From an uncultured Rikenellaceae bacterium (lineage in GTDB: Bacteria; Bacteroidota; Bacteroidia; Bacteroidales; VadinHA17), in contig CAZWUB010000002.1 of NCBI GenBank assembly GCA_964637415.1, forward strand, positions 15,385 through 71,744: DNA of 56,360 nt. Reading direction: 5' to 3'. Shown piece after piece: positions 47,881-56,360 of the stretch. A model generated the notes under the pieces. It was not told the origin of the DNA. It searched no databases and saw only the letters and a list, made by a program, of their open reading frames with translations. The number at the start of each line of letters is the position of its first letter. The first letter of the stretch is position 1. The position numbers and the translations under genes were made by a program.

Positions 47881-47962
47881 CAACCCCTCCAGGGTTGCTT
47901 AAATGGTGGTGATCTCTAAACCCGGGGTGGAACCCGGGCTACCGGAAGGTTACACCTCCGGT
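47881..47962. other. three consecutive stem-loops in a convergent intergenic region
   Basis: CAACCC-CTCCA-GGGTTG (47881-47897); CCCGGG-GTGGAA-CCCGGG (47921-47938); ACCGGAAGG-TTACA-CCTCCGGT with one bulge (47941-47962). Confidence 0.5.
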
Positions 47963-47983
47963 GTATTTAATATTCTGAATAGA

Positions 47984-49399
47984 CTATTCAAAAAAGTCAT
48001 CTGAGAAATTAACAAGGTAGACCCGGTCTGTTGAACGCGTAAGTGCTGTATAGAACCATCTGAGATAATCAATAGTGATCTCATTACGGTTAAACATTCC
48101 CTGGTCGATAAAAACTCTCTCCCACTGCCCGCCCTGAGCCTTATGACAAGTAACTGCATATGCAAATTTTATCTGGAGTGCATTGAAGAATTTGTCTTCC
48201 CGCACTGCCTGATACTGCTTTTGCCTGGTTTTAATGTGAATATAGTCCTCCAGCACCAGATGAAACAGTTCACTATTCTTTTCTGGTGGAAGAGAGGGTG
48301 TATCCATATGCAGCACATCGAGCATCACCTTCGATTCAACCTCAAAATCATAATCGGGAAATAACAATGTCATTTCCGCAAACCTCAAACCGTACCTTTC
48401 CTCATACTTCCTGATCCGCTTCACCTCAGCAATATCACCGTTGGCAATAAAACCGGGGCCCTCTCCATCTTCTTCAAGAATGCTGTAATTATTTTTAACA
48501 ACCATTATAATATCACCGGGACAGATCTCTTCCTCCCTGAAAAATATCCTGTTACGGATTCCCTGGTTGTAACGGTTTGCCTGCTTATTGGAATTTACTA
48601 CAATTATGGTACCCTCCTGTCCGCATGCACCATAAGAGTCTGATAATTCATCAATAAGTTCAGCTCCGCCTATCCTGATAACATCTTTGAAATTTTTGCA
48701 ATCAATTTTCGGACGGATCAGATCATTTGAAGAGATCTGCAACCTGACGGCTGTTGCATTCATAAGCACACCGGATGATTCACTCTGGCGGACAACCTGT
48801 CTGAGTTCCGACTTTAGAAGTCCGAATCCGAATCCGGCCAGTTCAGTTGTATCAAGTGCAGGACTGAGGGTTGATCCAACAGGTGGAAGCTGAGCGCTGT
48901 CACCAACAAGGATCAGTTTACAGTCTGTACCTGTATAAACAAATTCGATAAGGTCCTCAAGAAGCTTCCCGCTGCCAAAAATAGATGTATCCGCTCCCGT
49001 ATTTGAGATCATCGATGATTCATCGACAATGAAATATATGTCTTTCCCGATATTCCTGTCAAGGACAAAGCTGCCCATTCCGTCTTTTGAAGATTTCTGA
49101 CGGTAGATCTTTTTATGAATTGTAAATGCCTGTTTACCCGTATAGGAAGCGAGTACTTTTGCCGCCCGCCCGGTAGGAGCCATCAGAACAGATTTCATTC
49201 TCAGCAAATCGAGGGTTTTGACAATTGCACTTATGACGCTGGTTTTACCTGTACCGGCATACCCTGTAAGAAGAAAAATCACATCGTTTTTATCCTCACA
49301 GATATATGAAGCGATCTTTTTAAGTGCTTCCGACTGATCATCAGTCGGAGTATTCCCAAGGTTCTTGCAGAGGTTGTTATAGATTATTGTATCTCGCAT
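47984..49399 (-). CDS. RecD-like superfamily 1 DNA helicase
   Basis: 471-aa ORF with Walker A GYAGTGKTS, DESSM Walker B and C-terminal AVTCHKAQGGQW motif. Confidence 0.85.
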   Translation of the reverse strand: MRDTIIYNNLCKNLGNTPTDDQSEALKKIASYICEDKNDVIFLLTGYAGTGKTSVISAIVKTLDLLRMKSVLMAPTGRAAKVLASYTGKQAFTIHKKIYRQKSSKDGMGSFVLDRNIGKDIYFIVDESSMISNTGADTSIFGSGKLLEDLIEFVYTGTDCKLILVGDSAQLPPVGSTLSPALDTTELAGFGFGLLKSELRQVVRQSESSGVLMNATAVRLQISSNDLIRPKIDCKNFKDVIRIGGAELIDELSDSYGACGQEGTIIVVNSNKQANRYNQGIRNRIFFREEEICPGDIIMVVKNNYSILEEDGEGPGFIANGDIAEVKRIRKYEERYGLRFAEMTLLFPDYDFEVESKVMLDVLHMDTPSLPPEKNSELFHLVLEDYIHIKTRQKQYQAVREDKFFNALQIKFAYAVTCHKAQGGQWERVFIDQGMFNRNEITIDYLRWFYTALTRSTDRVYLVNFSDDFFE

Positions 49400-49490
49400 T
49401 ACTATTTATCAGCTCCCCTTACCGTGACAGGATATTTTTCCTACTTTTGTCCGTAAACTTAATTATTCTCAATAAGAATAAAAATCTCTT

Positions 49491-49621
49491 CTCTGTTTAA
49501 CTCTGTGAATTCTCTGTGGAACTCTGTGTAACTTTTCTTTTATAAGAACTTACACAGAGTTCCACAGAGCCCACCTTCGCCACGGCTTCGGTGGGTGAAA
49601 GGTACACAGAGGGACACAGAG
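49491..49621. repeat. inverted CTCTGTG / CACAGAG word arrays around a perfect 20-bp inverted repeat
   Basis: CTCTGTT at 49491 and CTCTGTG at 49501, 49512 and 49522. CACAGAG at 49553, 49563, 49605 and 49615. Arms 49512-49531 and 49550-49569 are perfect reverse complements. Second hairpin CCCACC...GGTGGG at 49570-49595. Confidence 0.9.
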
Positions 49622-49643
49622 GGAAAAATCGAAATATAGTGCC

Positions 49644-50486
49644 ATGCCGATTCCTGAGCTGATTGATGAAACATTCGATATAAACTCGTCCGAGAACTAT
49701 GAATTATCGGTTCAGATGAGTCCTTATGGATTATCATACTGTATTCTTGATACAATTAGGAATAAATATATCCTACTTCGTGGAACAGACCCGGATGATC
49801 CTAAATTGCTGACAGCTGACAAGGCAGCAGAGTTTATAATCAGTGATGATTTCCTGTCGCGGAAATTCAAGAAGGTAAATCTTATTTTACCCTCCTCCAG
49901 ATCCACACTGGTTCCTGCCCCCCTGTTTGATCCTGAAAAGAAAGAAGAGTTCTTCACATTAAATCTTCTAAGGGAAGATAATGATGTGATATTATACAAC
50001 AGGATGCCGGAGCCTGATTCATATGTTATTTATTCTGTATCAAGACAATTTTCAGAACTGGCTACAAAACTATTCCCCGGTGTAAATCCTCTTCATCATA
50101 CTGTGCCGCTTCTTCAACAAGTTTCACAATTCAGCAGGAATGAATTCGGATTATACATACATGTCCATCTCGAAAAGGAGTATTTCAACCTTCTTATCCT
50201 GGAACACGGTGCCCTCAAATTCTTAAATACATTTAACTACAGGAATATTACAGACATCCTGTATTATGTTTTTAACACATATAAGAACATGAGCATCAGC
50301 AGGGAAGAAACCATCAATTTAAGCGGCCATGTCCAGATGAATGACGAACTGTACTCAAAGATTTCGCGATATTTAAAAAATATAAAATTCAGGGTACCGG
50401 AAGGTAATTTTTCATTCAGCTATGTATTCAGCGATTCAGAATTGCACAGGAGTTTTAATCTTTTAAGTGTTACAAATTGCGGATAA
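49644..50486 (+). CDS. DUF3822 family protein
   Basis: 280-aa ORF. Its position directly upstream of and overlapping rsmD, plus its overall pattern, fits the Bacteroidota DUF3822 family from memory. No catalytic motif. Confidence 0.6.
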   Translation: MPIPELIDETFDINSSENYELSVQMSPYGLSYCILDTIRNKYILLRGTDPDDPKLLTADKAAEFIISDDFLSRKFKKVNLILPSSRSTLVPAPLFDPEKKEEFFTLNLLREDNDVILYNRMPEPDSYVIYSVSRQFSELATKLFPGVNPLHHTVPLLQQVSQFSRNEFGLYIHVHLEKEYFNLLILEHGALKFLNTFNYRNITDILYYVFNTYKNMSISREETINLSGHVQMNDELYSKISRYLKNIKFRVPEGNFSFSYVFSDSELHRSFNLLSVTNCG

Positions 50487-51019
50487 TCGGAGGTAAATAT
50501 AAGGGCAGACGAATTGAACCTCCGTCAGGTTTCAATGCCAGGCCAACGACCGACTTCGCCCGCGAGAGCCTCTTCAATATTCTGGTGAACAGGATAGATT
50601 TTGAAGAGTCCAGGGTTCTTGATCTCTTCGCAGGCACAGGTAGTATCAGCTATGAGTTTTCCTCACGCGGAGCAAAAGAAGTACATCTCGTTGAACAGAA
50701 CCCGAAACACATCACTGGCATTAAAAGAATAATCAGGGATTATGGGTTTGAGAATATCAGGACGATACATATTGATGTAAGGACTTATCTTAAGATCTGC
50801 AAGGTGAAGTATAACATTGTTTTTGCCGATCCTCCCTATGATCTGCCCTGGCTTGAGGATATCCCTGACCTTGTAACCGGTTCAGGCATACTTGAAAAGG
50901 AAGGTTTCCTGGTCCTTGAACATCCAAAAAAAATGATCTTCAGCGGTCATAAGCTGTTTTTTGAGCACAGGAATTATGGGGGAGTCAATTTCAGCTTTTT
51001 CAGCCCTGAAAAAACTTAG
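50477..51019 (+). CDS. rsmD: 16S rRNA (guanine966-N2)-methyltransferase
   Basis: 180-aa ORF from a TTG start overlapping the preceding gene by 10 nt. MRIIGGKYKGRRI, DLFAGTGS and DPPY motifs. Confidence 0.9.
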   Translation: MRIIGGKYKGRRIEPPSGFNARPTTDFARESLFNILVNRIDFEESRVLDLFAGTGSISYEFSSRGAKEVHLVEQNPKHITGIKRIIRDYGFENIRTIHIDVRTYLKICKVKYNIVFADPPYDLPWLEDIPDLVTGSGILEKEGFLVLEHPKKMIFSGHKLFFEHRNYGGVNFSFFSPEKT

Positions 51020-51777
51020 ACATACATTTCATCGATACCCGTTGATGCAATTTCAATAATAAGTTCGCTCAGCTTTTGTGATACAGCATTGAAAAACTTT
51101 TCACCTTTTTCCCTGCTTGCCTTTGTCGGATCACCAATACCCGTATCAGCTGTAACCTTTGACCATTTTCTTTCCGACCATGCCCATTTTTCATTGAGTG
51201 CTTTAACACGGAATTTCCTGGCATTTCCCTTACCGGCCTGATCAAGTGGTAAAACAAGTTCAGGTGCCAGCCAGAGCATCAGACTTGTTTCCATTTCATC
51301 GGCATGCCCCCCACCCTCTTCAAAAAATTCATCCTGATCCACTGCCTGATACCAGTTGCAGGTGGCAATAAACATTTCCGGGAAACTTACACCAAGCTCT
51401 CGTATCATCTGTCTGAAATCGTTACCTCCATGTCCGTTGACAATAAGCAGCTTATTGATCTTATGCCTGTTAAGGACGTCAGTAATATCCTTCAGGATTG
51501 CATATTGTGTCGAAGGATTCATATTTATATTGACACGGATATCGAGCTGACCTGTATTGACTCCATAAGGTATCCCCGGCAATACAAGTATCCGGGCTCC
51601 CTTTTCGAATGCCTTCCGGGCAGCTTCCTTTACAATTTTTTCTGTCTCAATATTGTCGGTACTATAGGGAAGGTGAAAATTATGGGCTTCAGTTGCACCC
51701 CAGGGCAGAATTGCCAAATCAATTGCCTCATTTCCAAGTGTTTTCCAGTTCGTTTCGGCTAAAATGTAAGAATTCAT
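51016..51777 (-). CDS. creatininase-family amidohydrolase
   Basis: 253-aa ORF: ILPWGATEAHNFHLPYSTD, NGHGGN. Its stop codon overlaps the rsmD stop on the opposite strand (TTAG at 51016-51019). Confidence 0.8.
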   Translation of the reverse strand: MNSYILAETNWKTLGNEAIDLAILPWGATEAHNFHLPYSTDNIETEKIVKEAARKAFEKGARILVLPGIPYGVNTGQLDIRVNINMNPSTQYAILKDITDVLNRHKINKLLIVNGHGGNDFRQMIRELGVSFPEMFIATCNWYQAVDQDEFFEEGGGHADEMETSLMLWLAPELVLPLDQAGKGNARKFRVKALNEKWAWSERKWSKVTADTGIGDPTKASREKGEKFFNAVSQKLSELIIEIASTGIDEMYV

Positions 51778-51834
51778 AAATTAATGTTTATGGTGATTAT
51801 TTATTGCAGTTAAAGATGATACAGTGTCTTATCG

Positions 51835-51894
51835 TCCCTTAGTCCCTTAGTCATTTTGCCCCTGTGCCTCTGCGCCGTTGTGCCTTTGCGCCAT
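51835..51894. repeat. (TCCCTTAG)x2 octamer plus 16-nt direct repeat TGTGCCTnTGCGCCnT x2
   Basis: Octamers at 51835-51850. 16-mers at 51863-51878 and 51879-51894. The block lies between the phosphoesterase stop and the creatininase start. Confidence 0.8.
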
Positions 51895-51902
51895 TTTTTC
51901 AT

Positions 51903-54449
51903 TTAAAAATTATTGTTCCTGACCACCGGATAAGGCTTATCGTATCCTTTTACAGCATGCCAGATTATCCTGTTGAAAGTATCCTCATCAATACGGTCAA
52001 CATCATCGAGATCCTGTTCGAGAGATTTCTGAGCCCAGTAGAGCTGATCGCCTGAAAGAGATGTGAGTGCCGGATTGAGCTGATCCAAAGGTATATTATT
52101 TTTAACTGCCTTGAATGGAGTAAAATCAGGTTTGTGAGTAAAGCAATCCACCATTGCTTCGGCAGTCATATCGAGCTGATTCATTGGAGGAAGTCCAAGT
52201 ATATTCTCGATTGTCCGTACCATATTTATCTGCGAATAGTAAGTTGATACAACTTCTCCCCGCTTTGTATATGGACTGATAACCATCCCCACGGTTCTGT
52301 GGCCGTCGACATGATCCAGACCTGCCTGAGGATCATCTTCTGTTACAAGGATACAAGTCTCTTTCCAGAATTTACTGTGAGAAATTGCTTCAACGATCTG
52401 TCCGAGGGCCAGGTCATTATCTGCTACTGCTGCCTGGGGAGTCGGCAGACCGGGACGGGTTCCGGAAGTATGATCATTGGGAAGAAGCATTATTATAAAA
52501 TTCGGGAAGTTGCCGTTTTCCTCATATCCCTTAAGCTCCTTAATGAATTCAGCAGCCCTGTAAACATCGGGAACCTTGTTCGGAAATCCGACATAAGAAG
52601 GACAAAGGTAGGTAGTCAGCTGCTCAAGGTTAGCCTTGGCTGAAATTTTAATATTATTGGTCCCTTCAAGAAAATCGCGATAGATATCCGAAAATGTAGC
52701 TGATGCGGGCTCAATCACAGCATTTACAAATTCACCATAATTCCTGAAGGTGAGTCCGTGTCTCAGGACATTATCCCAGATGAATCCCGAGCTTGCATAG
52801 GCTAGGGCATCATCACCATCGTAGGGATAACTCCTTGTAAATCCCCCGAAAGATTTTTCGAGATAATCGGTGACATAGGCTTCATCTGTCCATTGATGGC
52901 CATCAGCACTTAAAATCCCGCTGCAGTAGAAATTATCAAGCAGGACAAAGGTTTCAGCCAGCAGATGGTGGTTTGGAGTTATCTCTCTTCCAAACTCCAC
53001 AAGGCTTGTATCGCCATCACCCTGTGGCATATCCCCGAAAACCTGATCGTAAGTACGGTTCTCCTTAATAATATAAACAACATGTTTGAAGAAGGAAGAC
53101 TGGTCAGGCAATTCCGGGACCGGCACTTTCTTTTTCGATCCATCGCCGGCGTGGAGGTTTTTCACCATATCAGCCCATGAATTATTGAGATGGACAGTTT
53201 CGGTCATTTTCTTAAGTTCCCGGGCACCGGGTACTTTTATAATTGAAACCGAGCCCAGGTGGTCATGGGAATTATACCCTTTCCTGTCAGTTCTCTGATT
53301 ACGCGATCCTGTTCCCTTAACGTTTGCAACATAAAGAGTATTTCCTGATTTGTTCAGGACTACAGAACCTGGGTACCAGCCGGTAGGGATCAACCCGGCA
53401 ACCTCTTTCTGTGCGCCGATATCAATTACACAAATTGAATTTTCGGTTCCATTTGCCACAAAAAGATATTTTCCGTCGGGAGATACTGTAATATCCCCTG
53501 GTCCGCTTCCGAAAGGAATTCCATCGAGCATATGAACTGATATTTTATCAACAACTTCGTCGGTTTCCGTACTGATCACAGAGATCTCGTCACTGTTGGC
53601 ACAGGCTACATACAGGAATTTACGGTCAGGACTTAAGGCCATACCTGAAGGATGAAGCCCGACTTCAATCACTTTAGTCTGAATCTTCTTCTCCGGATCC
53701 ACTACAGATACCGCACCATTATTTGCAATCCCTGTCTTCGGATCGACCAGAACATTGCTTCCTGATGAATTATATACCGCTTCACCCTCCACGGGTTGCC
53801 GGCCTCCCCAGTTGCTTACATACAACTTCGAAGTTGAAAATGCCAGAACATCAAAAGGAGCAATGCCAACAGGGATTTCCTCAATCGATTTTGAAGGTAA
53901 TGATACTATCCCGAGAGAGTTATTGCGGCTGAGGGTAACATAAACTTTATCTCCGTTCAAATTTACTGCAACTCCGCCCGGAGCAGGATATCCCCCTATA
54001 GATGGATTCGGCAGGATAATCGGATCCTGCCATTCCATAATGTAATTTTTACCCAGCGACGCAACACAAATACGGTCCTGGGCATCAGTAACATAAACAG
54101 TCCGTCCGTCTGGAGAGAGACAAATACCTGTAAATGAGGCTCCACTCTTTTCATAGGGCAATGACTGTAATATAGTCCTGTCGCTTAGCCTTATAATATC
54201 AAGATCGGAGCGGTTCTTGACCAGCAGAAATTTTTCATCAGCAGTAAGGATAAGATCTACGGGACGGCCGGGCAGTGAGACCTGGAAACCTGCCGGTTTC
54301 AGAAGCTGGTTCGATGGGACCAGTATGCTACCGTCGGGCTGAGGTCCGACTTTACGTAAATCACCACTTACGTTATCATGTGTTCCACATCCGGCTGTCA
54401 GGCACAGAATCATCAATAGAGATACGATAAGATTTGAGTTTGTCTTCAT
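51903..54449 (-). CDS. lipoprotein fusing a YncE-like beta-propeller to a phosphoesterase (PLC/acid phosphatase-type) domain
   Basis: 848-aa ORF with lipobox LTAGCG. The N-terminal half has repeated propeller-blade patterns (YVT.., YVAN..). The C-terminal half has VVYIIKENRTYDQVFG and TEDDPQAGLDHVDGHRT motifs. Confidence 0.75.
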   Translation of the reverse strand: MKTNSNLIVSLLMILCLTAGCGTHDNVSGDLRKVGPQPDGSILVPSNQLLKPAGFQVSLPGRPVDLILTADEKFLLVKNRSDLDIIRLSDRTILQSLPYEKSGASFTGICLSPDGRTVYVTDAQDRICVASLGKNYIMEWQDPIILPNPSIGGYPAPGGVAVNLNGDKVYVTLSRNNSLGIVSLPSKSIEEIPVGIAPFDVLAFSTSKLYVSNWGGRQPVEGEAVYNSSGSNVLVDPKTGIANNGAVSVVDPEKKIQTKVIEVGLHPSGMALSPDRKFLYVACANSDEISVISTETDEVVDKISVHMLDGIPFGSGPGDITVSPDGKYLFVANGTENSICVIDIGAQKEVAGLIPTGWYPGSVVLNKSGNTLYVANVKGTGSRNQRTDRKGYNSHDHLGSVSIIKVPGARELKKMTETVHLNNSWADMVKNLHAGDGSKKKVPVPELPDQSSFFKHVVYIIKENRTYDQVFGDMPQGDGDTSLVEFGREITPNHHLLAETFVLLDNFYCSGILSADGHQWTDEAYVTDYLEKSFGGFTRSYPYDGDDALAYASSGFIWDNVLRHGLTFRNYGEFVNAVIEPASATFSDIYRDFLEGTNNIKISAKANLEQLTTYLCPSYVGFPNKVPDVYRAAEFIKELKGYEENGNFPNFIIMLLPNDHTSGTRPGLPTPQAAVADNDLALGQIVEAISHSKFWKETCILVTEDDPQAGLDHVDGHRTVGMVISPYTKRGEVVSTYYSQINMVRTIENILGLPPMNQLDMTAEAMVDCFTHKPDFTPFKAVKNNIPLDQLNPALTSLSGDQLYWAQKSLEQDLDDVDRIDEDTFNRIIWHAVKGYDKPYPVVRNNNF

Positions 54450-54475
54450 TTTGCGGGTGGTTTGTAAATATTTAT

Positions 54476-54530
54476 GTTTCAGGGTTTCAGGGTTTCAGGG
54501 TTTCAGGGTTTCAGGGTTTCAGGGTTTCAG
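54476..54530. repeat. (GTTTCAGG)x~7 tandem octamer
   Basis: Six perfect copies plus a seventh with a changed last base. It occupies 55 of the 88 nt between the GH172-like stop and the phosphoesterase start. Confidence 0.95.
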
Positions 54531-54537
54531 ATTCTGC

Positions 54538-56136
54538 TCATCTCAGCGAAGCTCTTTTCTTGTTCCACCGCTCTCTCAGCCTGAAGGAATCAAATCCAAG
54601 ATAGTTTCCCATTGAGTTATCATTCTTTCCCACCGACTCAAAGCGGATTGTATGCTTCCCCTTCTTCATTGTTGTGCTTCCAAGATAGTAATCTTTTACA
54701 ATAAGATCCTTTGAATACAGGTCAAGTATCTTAATGTTTTCTGCAGGTGAATTGAAATCCATATCAATAGTCATCGGAACATCTGGTATGGGAACCCCGT
54801 CAATAAATATTCTGTACATCCCGTAATCATAAGAATGAGTCATCCTTATTACAAGTCCCCGGGCTTCTTCCTTTTCAACAAAGAAGTCTGTTTCAAGCCA
54901 TGCTTTACCTGCTGAAGGCATAAATAATAGCTGCCCCTCCCCTGTCCAGTCATAACCACTCTGAAGTTCTGTTTTTCCCGGGGAATGACGTACAGCTTTC
55001 ATAAGATCCTTACCTTCTGTTATTATATCGAGGATTGGTAAAACTCTTTCAGCATATGGTGGCAGACTTGTAAATCGTTTTGGCTGACCTGACTGATACC
55101 AGAAAGCAACAGTTGCCATATCATCTTCGCGTTCCACATGTCCGTCGACCTTACCCGTCTCAGTCTCGTCAGCAGAAATCCACCCTGTATGCTCAATTGT
55201 GAATTTCAATGACTTACTGAATCGCACCGGGTCGTTCATATGCCACCTGTAGAGGGTGAACTGAACACCGAGATCTTCCTCGGAATCCATACTTTTATAA
55301 GGACATCCGAAATATGGAGTCATATTCTGATTGAAACCCCAGGCACAAAGGAAATAATCCTCTGTTCCTGTTCCCCATATTGATGGTTCCTCTTCTCCGT
55401 CGATATAGAATTTCGCATCACCTTCTCCGAACCAATATGGGCTCCGCGAACGAACTGACATAACTGTCCCGATATAATGTCCCTGTCCTTCGGCATCAAG
55501 TATCAGGTAATCATCACCGGTTTTTTCAGGAAATTCCTGCCTGTACTGGGCGCAGAAATATGCTGAATTCCGCGGCAGTTTATCAACCTCGGTATAATCA
55601 ATCTGATAATAAAAGCTTCTGACATTCTTATCTCCCTCATTTGTTGCTGTTATCCTTGCTGATCTATGAAAAGGCATTGTCCAGTAACAGTTATATCCGT
55701 CACCTCCTTCCACTATCACAGGTGCTGAAATAATCTCGTTACGCAGTCCGAATCCGGCAACAAAAAAATCTCCCAATGGCGATTCCACTGCAGGTTCGGA
55801 AGCTCCGTCCCAGTAAATCCGAAGGACAATTTCAGCAGGATTTGCCGAACCACCAGCTTCAAGCCAGTTTGGACGGGCCTCATTGAAGGTCAGCCATATG
55901 TGGTTGATTATCGCCGGCCCTTTGATATCTGCCAGCACAGTTGTTTCCCCCGATTTAATGTACTGCAACCTGTCGGCGTTGCTGAAGGCAGGAGCATGAG
56001 AGCTGACAGCTGCCGACCGGCCCTGAGAAATGGCGGCTAAACCAAGATCCGGATTACCGCGCTTACCCGAGCATGATGAAAGTAAGAAGAAAATCGCACT
56101 AATAGCTGTAAAATAGACATTTAACCTGGTTTTCAT
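54538..56136 (-). CDS. DUF2961 / glycoside hydrolase family 172-like protein
   Basis: 532-aa ORF with a signal/lipobox (LLSSCSG) and the DUF2961 core GQGHYIGT...WFGEGDAKFYIDGE...WGTGTEDYF. Confidence 0.75.
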   Translation of the reverse strand: MKTRLNVYFTAISAIFFLLSSCSGKRGNPDLGLAAISQGRSAAVSSHAPAFSNADRLQYIKSGETTVLADIKGPAIINHIWLTFNEARPNWLEAGGSANPAEIVLRIYWDGASEPAVESPLGDFFVAGFGLRNEIISAPVIVEGGDGYNCYWTMPFHRSARITATNEGDKNVRSFYYQIDYTEVDKLPRNSAYFCAQYRQEFPEKTGDDYLILDAEGQGHYIGTVMSVRSRSPYWFGEGDAKFYIDGEEEPSIWGTGTEDYFLCAWGFNQNMTPYFGCPYKSMDSEEDLGVQFTLYRWHMNDPVRFSKSLKFTIEHTGWISADETETGKVDGHVEREDDMATVAFWYQSGQPKRFTSLPPYAERVLPILDIITEGKDLMKAVRHSPGKTELQSGYDWTGEGQLLFMPSAGKAWLETDFFVEKEEARGLVIRMTHSYDYGMYRIFIDGVPIPDVPMTIDMDFNSPAENIKILDLYSKDLIVKDYYLGSTTMKKGKHTIRFESVGKNDNSMGNYLGFDSFRLRERWNKKRASLR

Positions 56137-56360
56137 GATATCTGAATGATTATTCCGAAAGGAAACTGGAAAGTATCAAATAAATACGATTCCGGCAAGC
56201 TGAAAGATAAAATATATTTCAAAAACAGGGTGAATTTGTTTCTGACCGTCATATTTTATAAATTTAGACTAAAATTTGTAACCTGTTCGTCCAAAAGTTT
56301 TAAAGATGATGAAACCCACATGTTATTACTAACACAAACACATATAAATATAATTTTCCC

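Noticed and set aside
47864-47962. Possible tRNA or tRNA-like gene (7-bp closing helix GCCGGAG/CTCCGGT plus internal hairpins)
   Set aside because: At about 99 nt it is too long. No 17-nt T-arm precedes the 3-prime acceptor strand. The CCCGGG hairpin has a 6-nt loop without the TTCRA T-loop consensus. There is no plausible anticodon arm.
47984-49399. RecD-like helicase as part of a defence or mobile element
   Set aside because: It is a lone gene flanked by housekeeping genes, with no nuclease, methylase, integrase or partner genes. It matches the common stand-alone Bacteroidota RecD-like helicase.
54476-54530. CRISPR array (also considered for the repeats at 24884 and 42085)
   Set aside because: The repeats are 7-8 nt, directly tandem with no spacers, and there are no cas genes anywhere in the window.

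Overview
This window is a chromosomal, mostly housekeeping segment that looks Bacteroidota-like. The signs are TAnnTTTG -7 boxes upstream of several genes, a DoxX/BT_3928-type gene next to tpiA, a DUF3822-rsmD pair, a TPR/beta-propeller/OmpA protein and a serC-serA-DUF1015 cluster. I support 46 CDS, including folP, tmk, tpiA, rsmE, uvrA, yggS, serA/serC, gcvT, clpB, guaA, rnz, rpsA, ugd, rfbACD, a phosphoglucomutase, yjbQ, rsmD and a RecD-like helicase. I found no rRNA or tRNA genes, CRISPR array, transposase, integrase, prophage, toxin-antitoxin pair, restriction-modification system or recognisable defence genes. I cannot point to a clear-cut new multi-gene system, but three things stand out. 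(1) There are scattered signalling parts without their usual partners: a self-contained SiaB/SiaC-type kinase-phosphoprotein pair, an Hpt-STAS bicistron and a second STAS gene wedged between rpsA and rnz. No PP2C phosphatase, GGDEF protein or anti-sigma kinase occurs in the 56 kb. (2) A family of short-period tandem repeats (7, 8, 10 and 16 nt) and GC-rich hairpin modules shares sequence words between loci. They mostly begin within 0-10 nt of stop codons, and gene annotation does not explain them. (3) There are large or unusual orphan proteins: a 1506-aa secreted protein, and a 1024-aa ABCG-type transporter with long N- and C-terminal extensions. All functional calls rest on motif recognition by eye. 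No database search was run.
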